64,000 bases of DNA, from contig OZ004609.1 in assembly GCA_963924565.1 (NCBI GenBank), positions 32,054,001 to 32,118,000 of the forward strand, written 5' to 3'. This DNA is from Ascidiella aspersa (Eukaryota). Below, in pieces: positions 47,641 through 61,800 of this stretch. Every line of letters starts with the position of its first letter. Position 1 is the stretch's first letter. The position numbers and the translations under genes are program-made. The notes under the pieces are model-generated. The model did not search any database, was not told where the DNA came from, and saw only the letters and a program-made list of their open reading frames with translations.

Positions 47641-49058
47641 AAAGCCTTGACGCTAATCCGCGCAAAGCCTGACAGGATTGGCGGGGATCGTTGCGCTAAT
47701 GCTTCGCGCCCCGCGCACGCTCAAGCCTTCGAAGTAGGCTAATTACAGGCGGCCGCTGCAGTCAATAAACTTAAGCGCTCGAAGCCGCACAAACACAACA
47801 AGCCAGTGGAGACAAGCAGGCGCCTATGTTCTTTGCTGCTGATGCTGTTGCTGCTGCTTACGACTTATACGTCTTACCTCGGCAATAATTAAACTCTCCA
47901 AGGCAGCGCCAGTTGGCAGAGGGCCGCGTTTCAGTCAAACCCGCAGCGTGACGTCACGTAAAACTGCGAAGGGTAACGATCCCTTTTGTGGTTTTCGTTT
48001 TAACGATTTGCCTGTAACCTTTATGTACACTCCCCCTAGGGACTCGTGTGACCCTCTCAATCGAGTGAGCAACGCCTGGCTATTGAAGCAGGTGTAAAAC
48101 TACTCTGTATTCTGTCTAGTTGACTGTAAAAACGTGCACGTTTGTTACAACGTATTTCGATCTTTTTTATCAAGTCTATAAATCAATGCTCAACCATTTT
48201 TTTATCATCATGTCAAGTAAACCAAGCGGAGCTGTCGCATTAACATTTAAAAAACTACATACATCAGTTGAAACCTACACCTTTTTTCTAATATCCACAA
48301 GGTAAAACACTAATGTTTTCATTAAAACTTTGTGAAGCATCTTTGTATACCTTTTAGTACTGGAGCACCTCATGCATATTTTGGTGCACCGTGCACACCG
48401 GTCGAAGAGCACTGCTATAAATCACAGTTACCCAAACAATTTATCTTACATTAACAAAAATACAATTGTCCAATAAGCTAATGCATCAACTCACAATGTC
48501 GTCCTTCGGGAATTTTTGTTTGTAGCCCTTACGTTTGTGTTTTCCGCAGTATTTAAATTATATTTGGGAGACCCTACATTGCTTGGCTTAAAACGCAGGG
48601 GTAAAATAAAATGTCTATCTTGTTAGCTAAAAAATTTGTATATTTTTGGCAAAGTAGCCTATACGATATGACTTTTGCCACCTTTTGACAAGATAATAAT
48701 TAGAGTTCAACAAACATTACACGCTCGATTTTACAAATGAAAAGACAAATGTCAAACAAACAATATGCAACTATTTATAAGTGAGTCCTTATCGTCAATC
48801 GTTTCAAACGATTTTAAAGCGACCACATCATGCTGTAAAAAGACACATGGGTAAACAATTACCGCACTGTCTGACAAAAACGTGCACGTTGCTGCCCTGT
48901 TGGTTTGTTTTTACAAGCGTATAAACCAGTGTTTCTTAAACAATATAATCCTGGTTTAACATAAACAAACATACAAAACTTATCACGGTTATTTTTTCGC
49001 CCTATTTTAACCTATAGCCTGAACAGAATAAATGCAATGTTAAACCTAATGTATACAC

Positions 49059-49384
49059 CAGGGTTGTCCAACATGAGGCACACGTGCCAAAAATGGCACG
49101 CGACCTAATAAAAAATGGCACGCAAGCCCCCCAAAAATACAGCCTATTGTCAAAAAAGCTAAATTTGGTATACAGCCAATTGGCATTGTTTATTCACAAT
49201 ACAAAACAACTCCAGCAATTACGACAACAAACAATTACTGCTGATATTATAACATTATACTGTTTTTATTTTTTGTATAAAAGCGCTTTTGATATTAGAA
49301 AAAAAATAGTTGCTAAACTTTGGCACGGAAAGCAGTTGTAAGCTAAAAATTGGCACGTCGGCATGTTTGAACTAGACACCCCTG
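49059..49384. mobile_element. hAT-type MITE
   Basis: Termini cagggttgtc / gacacccctg; TSD gtatacac/gtttacac; repeated subterminal tggcacg. Confidence 0.8.
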
Positions 49385-50224
49385 GTTTACACGTTAGTTT
49401 TATAGACACTTTCGTAACACGTAAAAAGTTATCCTGTTTATAAACGTAAGAAGACAATAGTTTTACTGAACATCTCCATATAGAACCGGTGGCCGCGTTA
49501 AACCGATTAAATACTATCTGAACCGTTATAATGTTAGTCACTTGAAATTCGTTTAAAAGAGGTCGATGTTAACGATGTTGCGTAATGCAATAAATTTCGT
49601 CTAACTAATTATAAAGGAAGGGGAAAATATGTGTACATTTCAGACAAAAATACAATAAATATTGCCGAAATACATTCATTTCAACGTGGAAATACATGTA
49701 ATTCTTCTTCTGGTTCGCAATTTTTTCCCGCTGGTTTGACTTTTTTGAAGCCACTATAGCTGATTGACGGTAGACACTGTTTTTACAGAGCCATATAATA
49801 TGGTTATCCAGGGCAGAAAATAACAACACGGCTGCTTAACCTTTTTATCATCTTATTAAAGCCCATTGTACATTTTGTAAACTGTTTCTCTCAAGGTACA
49901 ATGGAACAAATTTCATAAAAACTCTATAGCTACAAAAACTTTGTTTTTTAGATATCTTCTCTTATATACGACTCACACCAAAACAACGCACTAAATATCT
50001 GTCGTTATACTTGTTTATTACGCAAGTCAAAAGTTAGAACAGCGGCCGCTGGTCAGTATAGATAGAATATGCAAAATAAATTGGTGGCGAAATCATGCAG
50101 AAAGTAGAAAAAGTATATTTTGTGTGAGAAAAGGGGCTACCGTTGACGCGGGATACTGCCACAAGAGTGTTGGATCATTATAGATAAGATTAACTTAAAA
50201 AAATCCTGCCAAAGAGCAACCGAC

Positions 50225-50431
50225 TGGGATGTCCGATAGTTCGTTTTGCAAGCCGATACCGACGCGCGATATTCCATGCATTAGGAATATTACAGCAATG
50301 GAATCAATGCTATTATTAACAAAGTAAAATAAACAAAACGTCAAATAAGAAACTACAAACTTAGTATGAAAGTTTTGACGTCATTGACTGGCTTTTAGTA
50401 TCGGTTCCGATCCGATATTATCGGACATCTG
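50225..50431. mobile_element. MITE with gatgtccgata / tatcggacatc ends; related fragments at ~8240-8330 and ~44455-44550
   Basis: Inverted termini and ccgat/atcgg-rich subtermini. Confidence 0.55.
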
Positions 50432-52550
50432 AAACCGGTGGCTTGTAACAGAGTGGTGTGCTCGAAAATAAAAAGCGACATAAAACAAAAAATGTAAAGC
50501 TTTAAAAAATAAGATAGCGAACGCAAAAAATGGGGGCAGCGCGAAAACACAATATTCGAAACAAAAAAACAACGATAATAAACTCAAGGAAAATAATCTC
50601 TCTGTCACAGTGCGAAAAATGGAAGACTAATAATAAAATAAACGCGGGAAAAAAACGTAAAACTCCGCGACGAAACGTAAACGGGTCGGCGTTAATTTAT
50701 GTTTAATGAGATGCCGATGTGCCACGATCGCACAAAAAAACGCGCAAACCAAACGGAATATGTGACAAAAGAACACAAGGGCGAATGTAGCGATGATTCG
50801 ATTTGTTTAAAGTTGGGACAGGGTTTATGTTCCGATAATATCGAAATATGAATGAGGAACGAACCGATTTCCTTTGAAAATTGTTGCAATAATGCAGGGG
50901 TTTGTTGAATAAATAAATTTAACCGCGGTACGATTGTGTTTTAAAAATATATGCCTTTTTCAGATTCATTATGATAAATTTAATAGATTTACGATTGGCA
51001 CGCTTTTTCGTACACGATTAACTGTGTTCTGAAAATATTTCCAGTTTTGGCAAGTGGAATTTGATGAACTGTATACCAATGTTTGGCCAGACTGGCACTG
51101 TTATTCTCACAAAATGAGTCGTATTTTGTAGCGCATTCCGAAAGAAAAAAAATGCCATTTAATTTTGCTCAGGTTGGCAAGATCATCATTTAGCTATCTC
51201 CGACGGTTTGTCGCGAAGAATACCGACTCACGGGCGACATATCTTGAAATAAACGATAGCGAACCCAACTCATTCGCAGAAATAGCAGCTCGCTTATAAA
51301 CGGTAAGCGAAGTAGCATTTGACCAACAGCCGCGCGAACTTCGATGCCAAACCTTTTCCCAAAACTTTTCGCACGATCTGGTTAAATGATTAAACACGGC
51401 GCGCCAGGAACACATCAGGGCCCGCATCTGGCCTGCAAAAAGTTCACGGGAAGTATTGCGACGCCGTTTCGGTTATTTTAAGTCTTGCCGTTTCCGGACG
51501 ATTTGAGTCAAAACAAGGTTTCGAGCCAGCGTTTACGTAATTGCGATCGGTGGGAAAATTTGGATTTGGCTTTGTGTACTTGTTCTCCTTTGGGACTTGT
51601 TATCGTGGCAATTGAAATTGGCGTTCGGAGGCAATAGGCAATTATTCTGATCGGAACGTCGACCATGGGCGCGTTCTTAATTTTTTGACATTATACGTAG
51701 CAAATTGTTGACCTTATATTCTGCAGGCTAGACGTCAGATTAACTTTGAAGAAAAGCGAAAATTAGTGGCGACAAAATAGCAACAACGTGGCAGTGTCGT
51801 GTCTCCAGTTTCGTGACAAATCGCCACTTGTCCGCGAACTCCTACGCGCTACAAAACAGCTTGGCCTTTTTCACAAACTGTAACTTAAAATGATGACCAA
51901 ACTGAGACTAAATGACGAGAGGGCAATAACAGCGCTTCAATACCATTTTCGTAACCTTTCCACATAAAAGCAATACGCTAGACCAGATAAGTTTGCAATG
52001 AGTATACGCCGCACGTTTCAGGCCCAGAAATTGAGCCTATAGAGTTAAACACAGTACAGAATCCACCAAAACGACCTTTCTGTAACATTTTACGGTATTA
52101 ATTTCAAAGCAAAAAGCGCCGACAAGTCGGACAATTCGTTTCGGCGCTTTTCCTAGCGTATTTCTACACGCAAACCTTTAAACTGATAGAAACCAGCTGT
52201 TAAATGAAATACCGCTGGTGTGAAGAAAGGTACTGTATATCATCGGCCGACCAAATGACCGACCGGCGCATCTGACAAAGCGTGGAACTCAAAAAAGAAC
52301 GTTTTCAAAAACTGAAGCCTTCACCCATGGGCGCATCATTTTAATCGCCTTGCCGACTGCATCGTTCACAATTCTCGCCATTTAATCGCAAGAGTTCAAG
52401 GTCCATCACCACCGACACCAACGCCAGTCCCATGAGGGCTCGGCAATCGTCCGGGCGTCGGTCCGATGAGCGGTGGAGAATTCTCACGGCACAGAAAGAT
52501 AAAGTCGGTTTTTGAACTTTCGTAACCCCGACAATCTTAGCCTCGCGAAT

Positions 52551-52861
52551 TCACCGCGTTGTCACTTTGAGAGTCCTCGTCATCAATGACGTCACGAGCG
52601 CCGCAACCAACGTCATCAGGAGCGTGATGCCACCGGATGGCGCCTCGCGACACCCCCCACCCCCAGGCCCTTTGGGGGAGGGTGACGGCTTGTTCAGTCT
52701 CAGAGGTGGGTGAACCACCTTGTTTGGCCGCGTTAGTTTGTGGTATTTTGTTGTTATTTTTCTTGTTGTTGCTGTTGTTTTTTCGGTTGTGGTTTTTGTC
52801 GGCTTAGGTTTTGTTGTTGTCCATCGCGGTAGGGCAACGGTCTTGGGCCTTTTTTGGTCTT
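52551..52861 (-). CDS. Efna: Ephrin-A paralogue 2, terminal exon (mucin-like stalk and GPI-like signal)
   Basis: Encodes EDQKRPK...TTTKPKPTKTTTEKTT...GGGGCREAPSGGITLLMTLVAALVTSLMTRTLKVTTR*; acceptor ttttatcgcag. Confidence 0.88.
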
Positions 52862-55800
52862 CTGCGATAAAAAGAAAAAATAGTTTTTTTTTTAGTTGAA
52901 ACACATTTGCTTGCGGCATTTTAGAAGCGTTTTATAAACCAGCTGCTTTCTCTAAAGCCATTGAAATATAGACATTAAACTAAAAGATTTTTTTTAATTA
53001 TTTTTTTAAACGAAACATTAAAAAACTACAACATTAGACAATTCCGAATTCTAAAACCATTAAATTGTATGTAACATACACTGAACGATTTTTTTTGGAA
53101 ATAAGTCAAGTCAAACAAACAGAACTAACACGCTAGTTCGTAACACGTTTGAACTTACTTAACCCGGCAAAACGGGGTTGCTCGAAAGCGTGTGTCACAA
53201 GCGCAATTCGTCTTACTACGGTGTCGTACAACCCACAGCAGTGGCAATGTAAGCAAACGTCGCATTGAATTGTAAAACGAGAAGGACTTAACGCCTTGTC
53301 GACGTATCGCCTTTCTAACGGCTTTGAATGCAGCGGCCAAATGTTGTTGGGTCGCACGCTGTGCTGTGTTTAGACTTTGCTCGCCGTTTCAAACAACGAT
53401 AGAAAGCACTGCTTTTAAGCCTCTTAAGGTCAAATTACACGGCCGATTTGAAAAGGGCCGAGCTTGGTAATTTCGGCCACGCTTTCGTGTACTTTTCCAA
53501 CCCTAGGTCAGTTCAAGCGTGCCCTAAATGAAACCGACTGTATTTATTGCCCTGTTTCTGACATATACAGGGATATAATGGAAATTTAGCCGAGGTCGTG
53601 AGTTCATACCTCACCCAGTCTAGATTTGGTTTAGTCCCCTTAAGGCTCCCCGACCCCGTGTACCATAATTGTGCGTGTGCCGTTGTTAATTGTTCGACAT
53701 AAGAAGATGGTTCCCAATACTTTTTTAGCCACATACCCTTTAAACATTATTGAGAGGACCTAATTTTTTACCCCATTTAAGATTTTTTCATTGACCCTAT
53801 TCAAGAGTTTTACGAAACTATATAGGCATACATTTATAGAAATTAGCAAACTTTAAATGCGAATTTGTGGTCGAATTAAATATAAAATGAAACATTTAAG
53901 AATTATTACTTTATTTAAGAAATATTTTGTCCATTTCTTAGTTCACTAGCGGATCGCTAAACCATTTCATGAACCCTTTTGAGGCTACGTTGACTCCTGG
54001 GCAATATCACTACTGTATGCACATTTGTTTATGTGTTTTGCTGTCTCTGAAATGTGAGACATGGTACTAATACTGAATGAGGCAAAGAACCTTGTAAACT
54101 GCTCCCTTCTTTAGGTGAGACGTCCACACACCTCTTACACGGCCTACTATATGTGTGACTGTGTGGTCGTGTTTTCGTGGTGCGCCTTGTAGTTTTGACG
54201 TAACGCGACACCCTGGCCGTAAACAACCTGTGCGATAGACGTCTGGGGGGCGGGGCGGTTTGCCACCAAGTCGGTTTCGTAAACGAAAGTCTCACACTAC
54301 TTTAAAACAGCGACAAATGAGATAAAGCTTTGCCAATTATTTCCACGCGAGGTCAGAAACACGCTATAACTTGTATTGGCCTTTTTGCGGATTGCAATTT
54401 AATCGTAGTCGTATTTCTGCAATGACGCTTGTTTGAATTGGAAATTAACTTTTAGGCCAACGCCTGTTTTATGCGAATGACAGCAAAGCAATGGGCTTTG
54501 ACATCAAGCTAATGGCACCAGTCATGGGCTTTAAAATTTGTCGTGAAAAACAAGGTTTCATTTTCTTTTGAGACTTTTAAACCGCGTTTACGACCTGCTG
54601 TAAGCTGGAATTTGGATATTTTTTGCCGTGCGTTGATTGAAATATTCGATTTTTGCGGTTATACACACATTTCAAGGTAAATTCGCGACTGTTGCGTGGA
54701 GTTATAACGCAAATATTATGCTGGTTAATTGATTGATTGGCTCAGCATTTAAACCTAATATTTATGGATTGCTTTTTCAGTCAAATGTCAAACCATTTTA
54801 GAATCGTCACATAATGCTTCGTTCCTTTAACAAAAGCACACCTCCTATAACCTTTGTAATGAAGAAGCCTGAAACGTTTCAGCTTACCTCGACATTTGAC
54901 GACGATCCTTATTCTGGTCGAGTTCTTCATGCAGCCTGCCTTGTTGCGAAGTTCAGAAACGGCTGCAAAAAAAAGAAAAACATTCATCACATCAGCAAAT
55001 TCGAAACCGATTAACAAGTTTACTCTTTTATTTTATGAAAGCAAATTTCCTACAAGCCAAGTCACACAAACTACATACAATAAAATCTAAAATCTCAAAG
55101 TTGAAAGTCTAAATTACATAACACCATTGCGGAAAAGAGGACAGTGTTCTAATTTAAACACGTTTATCTGTATTGAATGCGAGTTTCGTTTTGTTAAACA
55201 CGCGGGATTGCAAATCATAAGAAAGCCTTACGATCTTCGGAATAGCATTGTCGAGACAATTTCCCCGCTCTGTTCGCCCTGTATTGGGTTAAGTTAAATT
55301 AATTTAAAACAAGCTAAAGTATAACCCGGTGTTTCTCTATTGTGATCTTAAGCCCTCTGGGTGAATAAATCACCGGGTTAACCAAACTGTTATTTCAGGA
55401 ACCAATTGCGGGAGCTGTTTCTGATGCACGTGTTTTATGCCGAATTGCACCGTGTCGCTTGCTTTAAAATGCAAATGGCGCCACCGCTTCGGCAAAGTTC
55501 CCATTAACCAGTAGCGTGCTGGGAAATGCAAGGCATCGAATTCGCACGGGCGCTCGCAGGTTGCACTATCTTACCGTTGCGATTAATCGGAACGGTGGTC
55601 TGCTCTCGCGATGCGCAGAACCACCACTGCACAGCGTTCGCACGCCCAACGAAGTGTGGGATTGTCAGGCTATTTCAAATTTTTTACAAGGACTCTGGTT
55701 ATTTTTATGGAGTGTGAACACCGTTACTAGAATGTGGAAATTTGTTACAATTTGGTTCTCACTGACTATGGCTCCAAAGAGAGATTTTCCCAGACCGAGC

Positions 55801-58800
55801 TGCATGAAATCGATGTTTTAACAATTTCTGGATAAAGACAATTTGTAAACTGCTTATGTAACAAACTGCACAATAATGAATTTACATCAATTAATAAGTT
55901 GCTATGCAATCCAGAATCGTTACAACTATAGCTTTAATAGAAATGCTTATTAAGATAAATTTATATGTCAATAAGCGAATTTAACTTGTGCCGAGTTAAT
56001 TCAAAAGTGAACCCCGGTGTGTACCTAAATAGTTTGATAAGCTCCGACTTAAATGGTACAAAAAGGCATAACATCCCTGCATAACGAATACTGCAATTTG
56101 TGAAGAGGCTATAATGCTATTGTCTAACGACAGTAAAGGTAGACCTAATGGCGAAAACGCTGTATTACTCAAGAATACTTAAAATGATAAGAGTGTAAAG
56201 TCCGCTCTCGGGCCTAGAAAAATTGGTATCACGCTACAAAAAATGGGGCGGTTTAAGTCACGATCGTGTGCGCAGAAACCGCGAACTACCCACGGTTAGT
56301 CATTTTGTACATTAGGGAAATCTGACTCACCGACGAAGTAGTATTCCGTGCAATATCGAAAGCGGAATCCGAGCGGCGAAGGACTGATCGTCTGAAACTT
56401 GAGAGTCAACTTGTTCTCGCGATCTGGCTTGTTGCAAGCGAATATGAAGTTCTTCTGGCGATCTGGCGAAAAAAAGAAAACAACGAACTGTGAGTTGTGG
56501 GCTTAAACATAAAGTTGGAAACGAAATCAGTCTTTAAAACGATTTTTACTTAAAAAAGCATTTAAGACTCCGGTTTGAAATACTATTGGCGCATATCTCT
56601 GGCTGGGTTCCTTTTTTGCAATCTTTGTGCATTCTTAGTTTTTTGGGGGGATTTGTTTTGCTTACGTGAATGTTCCACGATCTTTAGTTCCATTATTTAC
56701 CCCATGGTCAATTTATTTATGCCTTTCATAACCCGTCGGGAGAAAAACACTAGATTTGCTCTTGCGAACTTGCCCATTGGTACACGTTCGTTCTAGCGAA
56801 AACGCTTAACAACTGTCGTATCCCCTGTTGCATAAACTAATGGCAACGAAGGTCGCATAAACTTTAATTCATAAAACAACCACTAGGATTTTTCACATTG
56901 GGGATGTCCCGCCCTATAATCAATTCCAAAAATATTCAAGCTTTGCACGTGTTAAGCGATAATTGAACGTGAAGTTTTAGGCCCATGATCCATACAAAGT
57001 TTCGACAGTTGTTTAGCAAACAATTACTGAATCAAGCCAGATAAGCCACGCGAATTCACGCCCACACATAATTTTTGACCCGACATTGAGTCACACTTAA
57101 TCCCAGACACGTGGTCTGTGCATACTGCATGGGTTGTTACTTTTAAGCCAAATACTATTTGAACACTAAGGGAATTTTTCAGGTAGAAAACGAAGCGATT
57201 TGTTAATCTTCTAAAACGCTGATTGTCATTGTTTCGAAAGAATTTTGACAGACCAAAACATTTTCTTAAAGCATAGGTTGGACTACAGTTATGGTTATTC
57301 TTCTAAACTTAGATAAAAGTTGTGTCCTTTTAATATCCTTGGCAGACGCTAAAGGCAAACGTTAAACAACCAGACTACAGTGATTGACTCGCTGTGCAAT
57401 TTAAACTGATGTTTCCTTGAAATTCAAATTCCGCTTTGCGCTAGCGAAGGGTGCAACGAGGCGGAACGCTAATCCAACAAATGCACGATCCGTCGCAGCG
57501 CAGGTCATGCTCAAGGACGAGAAGCACATGAAAATGATTTGATTTACCTTGGATGATAGCTTGGGTCCTATTTTTGAAAGGTTTGGCATTGCCAAACGCT
57601 AAAATTATAAGAAGAGACCGTCACTGTTATATCATCAATGCATACTAGATACAGGAATTGCTTGTAAGTTTACACACGTCCCCCAATGTTTTAAAGATGA
57701 GCGAATTTTTGATTTTTTTTAAGTAAAATTTACCACACCGGCAGTCACAGAAACATTTTGAGAAATTGAAGAAATTTAGAGACCGTTTAAGTTGCTTAAA
57801 ACACCTTGAAAAAGCACTGGCCACTGCTGTACTTTTTACCAAACTTTAGAATTGGCCGCCATTTCAAGTTTTATTCCGTGTTCAACCCCTTGTTCAGCTT
57901 ACGTTGCATTTTGAAGTGCTTTTCATTCTGCACTGTCGAAAAAGGAGCCGGCCGATTTTAAAGTGGCCACAAATAACGGCCTTTTGACGCGTTTTTTTTC
58001 GTACGCATATAATTATGTATGTAACGTTTTTGCGACTGTCGCAAAATGTGGGAATTGTTTTGACTTGGAGCGAAATTCGCTTTTCGCCTTCGCTTTCAGT
58101 TTCAGAAGCGAAACACAGCAGAGGCGGGTTTTAATGGTTTTACGGTGGGAATGCGCCAGGGATTCCTGAAAGGCACTCTTCAACTCTTTCACGTTCAAAC
58201 CGGGGCACGGTACATTGCCATACGCGTAACTACAACACGTTAAAACACAATGGGATTCCCTGGTTAAACCAGCATTACAAAGTGATGAGCAGGACGTGTA
58301 ATTTCTGGTGTAGAGCAGGGCTTGAATTTTTTAACAAAATTGCACTTATCAACGCGTATGGCAAGAGGCTACTTCATTTAGTCAGTACAATTCATTTTCA
58401 CTTTAGCTATATGTTGTTGTGTTTTATTATATGAGTTGCTGTGTTTCATTAAGGAAATTACATAATATGCATATAGGATTTGGGATGCACAGCAAGCAAA
58501 ACATAAATCATTTATTGAATAATACATCTTATTATTTAATAAATATTTGCCGCAGGCGACAGGGGATATTTTCTTCTTGGGTTATACGTAACGGCAAAAC
58601 CTAGACAGATTATATTTCCTCTAAAGACCCTTCATTCTACTTTCCCAAACGACCACAAGACAAGTTTGTTGTCTGAGAAAAACGCACGCTGAAATATCGG
58701 CAAACCCAGACACACGGTCGCAATAACAGAAACGGCAGTAAGCGCTAAGGTTGCGACAGCCCGGGTTCAGACGGTATCGCGACGGTAGGACCACAAACAA

Positions 58801-61800
58801 ACAACCTAAAGATAGACGCCTTTGCTTTTTCGCAAACCACGGCGGCCAAAATCCCCCCCTACCCCGTCGGTTAGAAAGGATCTCGGGTTTCCAATCAGAA
58901 CCGCACAGGTCGAAAAACGACGGGTAATTGGCTCGATGTGAATCGACATCGAGTAGGACTTATCCCACTTAAAAAGCGACCGCGAAAGGCGATACCTTAA
59001 CGTCCGTTAACGCGCCGCGGCTGAGTATATACAGAAGGCGATATAGTGATAGCAATGGTCGAGACAATTCCGGTTCCCCCAAAGGGTTTGAGACAATTTA
59101 GTCGGCAGACTGTTGTGAAAATGTCTGTCAACGTCAATTTGCAAGGACCAATTGGAATTCACTAGCGAAGATATACATGGGGGTCTATGGATACTTGTAT
59201 ATTTATACGCCTCACTCACCCAATGTCCACTTTGAATATGAGCAAATCGCAGCACCACTAGACAATTTGCACAGTAAATTTATTTTCGCACACAGAAATC
59301 AACAATATTTTTAGATATAGCAATATCCTTAACGGGACCACTGTTGTTACTAACCAACTAAATTTAGAACTCCATTTGTCCTCGTGTCAAAAGCGTGTCT
59401 AACTGATAAAGCACAGAATTTAACGGTAGCGTTGCCATTGATGCTTATTAATATTTAATAATTACTACATCATGTCGGTCTCGCACGCTTAGCATATGCT
59501 CGACGACTTGATTGAAAGCTGTATTGTGCCCTTATTTTAGTTCATTGCGATACTCCGTAGTTAGACAAAAACACAACCTGAAATAATCGTTGTTTACCAA
59601 CATAAATAAGTAAAACACTTTAACGAAAGTTCATTTGCCAAAGTAAGTCCAATTTGAGTCAGTTGTCGAAACGACTTACATAAGTCAGTAATTTAGCCCA
59701 AAGGACTTAAGTCAAGTCAAGTAATTTGGAAATAGTGACTTGAATGCACTTAAGTTAAAGTAATTGAGAAATAGACTTATCGACTTAAGCCATTACAAAA
59801 CTGGAATGTGGGGCTTAATTAAATGGATTATATTGCAAATAGGTAAAAGAGTAGTGAGGATCAACTGGGCAATATCCAATTAGAACCAGAATTGCAACCA
59901 GACTGTTCACCACTGTTATTAAATGTTTAATGGCGACAGGGTAGTCGTGATTGAAAGCTGTTTTTTAATCTCGTAGCGTCTGGAGGATACCAAAACCCAG
60001 AGGACCCGGAATTGCGTTCCGTTCGCGTGACAAGCCGAATCAAATAAATGGCAAGTATTTTTTATGGAATTGGCATGCTTAGGGTCAAACGTTTGACTTC
60101 TCTGTCAGGTCTGTGACACGGCGATTTAAAATAACGCAATTTCTGTCCTTAACCGCAACCGCAGAGGCATATTTAGCATATTTAGATTGTAAATTGCATT
60201 ATAAAAGAGAAGTCTTCAACTCTATTTTACCATTTAATTCGCATAACACGTTTTAAGCCATATGTAAATAGGCAATTGCATTTAGCGTATATTTTAAAAG
60301 CTTTGGAATTTCTAAATATATGAAAAATGTAACGTGCGCCACTCTTTGATAAGCAAAATTGGCTTTTGCTGACTATCCGCCTAAAAATCGAAAGCATGTA
60401 AAAAAATAATTTCCAATACGATCAAACAAAACTCACCCACGCAAAAACAAAACATTTAGTCACCGTAACCGAAAAAGCAATTACGCCAGTCGCCTTACGT
60501 CTGTATCTCGCTCCTAATTTTCCCGGGTCGCCGTTTATGCTTCACATCGGGACTCTGCGGTTTGTGTCGTAACAATGGGGCCTCTGTGTTGGGGCGCGAT
60601 ACCGCGTCCTGGCCATTGTCACGTTGCTGAACCGCGGCGAGATAACGCGTTTACCCACGCCGATCGACAAAACCGGGAAACGGGGGTGTTAGGGTAGAAA
60701 TCGGAGATAAGGTTTGGCCAGTTTTTGTGGCCTCGCTCCGGAACCCTTTTCAGCCTATTTTTTGCGCCTATCTTTACTTTCCAATTTACCGGTTCAGCTG
60801 TTGCCTTTGATTCTCAGTCGGCCAGCTTTGTGGCCTCTCTTCGGAACCCTTTTCAACCCGAACTTTGCACAGTATTTAGTGCTTTCCAAGTGGCCTGGTT
60901 TTCTGGCTAGTTAATTAGAGCCGTTGTTAGTACAAGGTAGGCTTTTATTCTTATTCGGCCAGTTTTCGTGGCTTCGCTTTTAAAGCAGTCGGAAGCCCAT
61001 TTCTAAGTTATTTTTCGCACCCAAAGGTGATAAGGTGATTTTAAAGTGGCTCGGTTTACTAGCCATAGTTGAAAAGGTTCGTTGTTAGTACGAAGTAGCC
61101 ATTTGTGTTTTTTTTTGCCCCGCTTTAAAAAATTAGGATTATCTGTAAAAGGAAATACGTACAACTATTCCGATTCTTACCTGGTATCTACAGGTAAAAC
61201 AATTCCAATGGTAAAACCCCACCTAATGAATTGACTCATAAAACAAACAGAATGAAAATGAAAGCAAGGCGGCGTGCGTATTGACTTTAAAAAGACGGAA
61301 AGTGAAAACAAGGCGATGTATTGACTTAAAAAAGTGAGTAACTCCGACAAAGCAAATTGGTGTGCTTCCTATTCGACAAAGCGTATATTGTGCGTTGCCT
61401 TATTTGCGTTGACACACAAACGGGTGGCTTTTAAATATTTTCAAACGTGCTTTTAAACTTCTCCAGAGACAGATACCCGTCGAAATTTCGACTCACAATA
61501 ATATGGGAATTTCCCTAAAACCATGGGCAGCAACCAGTTCAGTGCGCCCAACGGTGCCGATGAGTAATGTGAATCGATATGACACGCCGTGTCCATTAAT
61601 GTATGTATCACTTGACTTATGAAAATACATCGTAAAATCGCGATTATATGGGTTTTCGTGTTTGGACGTGTGGGCGAGTCAAATTTACTGTCATTCACAA
61701 TGCTAGGATTTCGTTTTACACTCCAAAATAAGTTAAGCTGAAACACTTTAGAAAAGTAAGGATTTCCCGCGGACAATAAAATGTAAAAAAAGATTCTTTT

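Noticed and set aside
33574-52550. Numerous 60-145-aa ORFs between the two ephrins; searched for a third ephrin or a nested gene
   Set aside because: No recognisable motifs or consistent exon chain, and most start at non-ATG codons.
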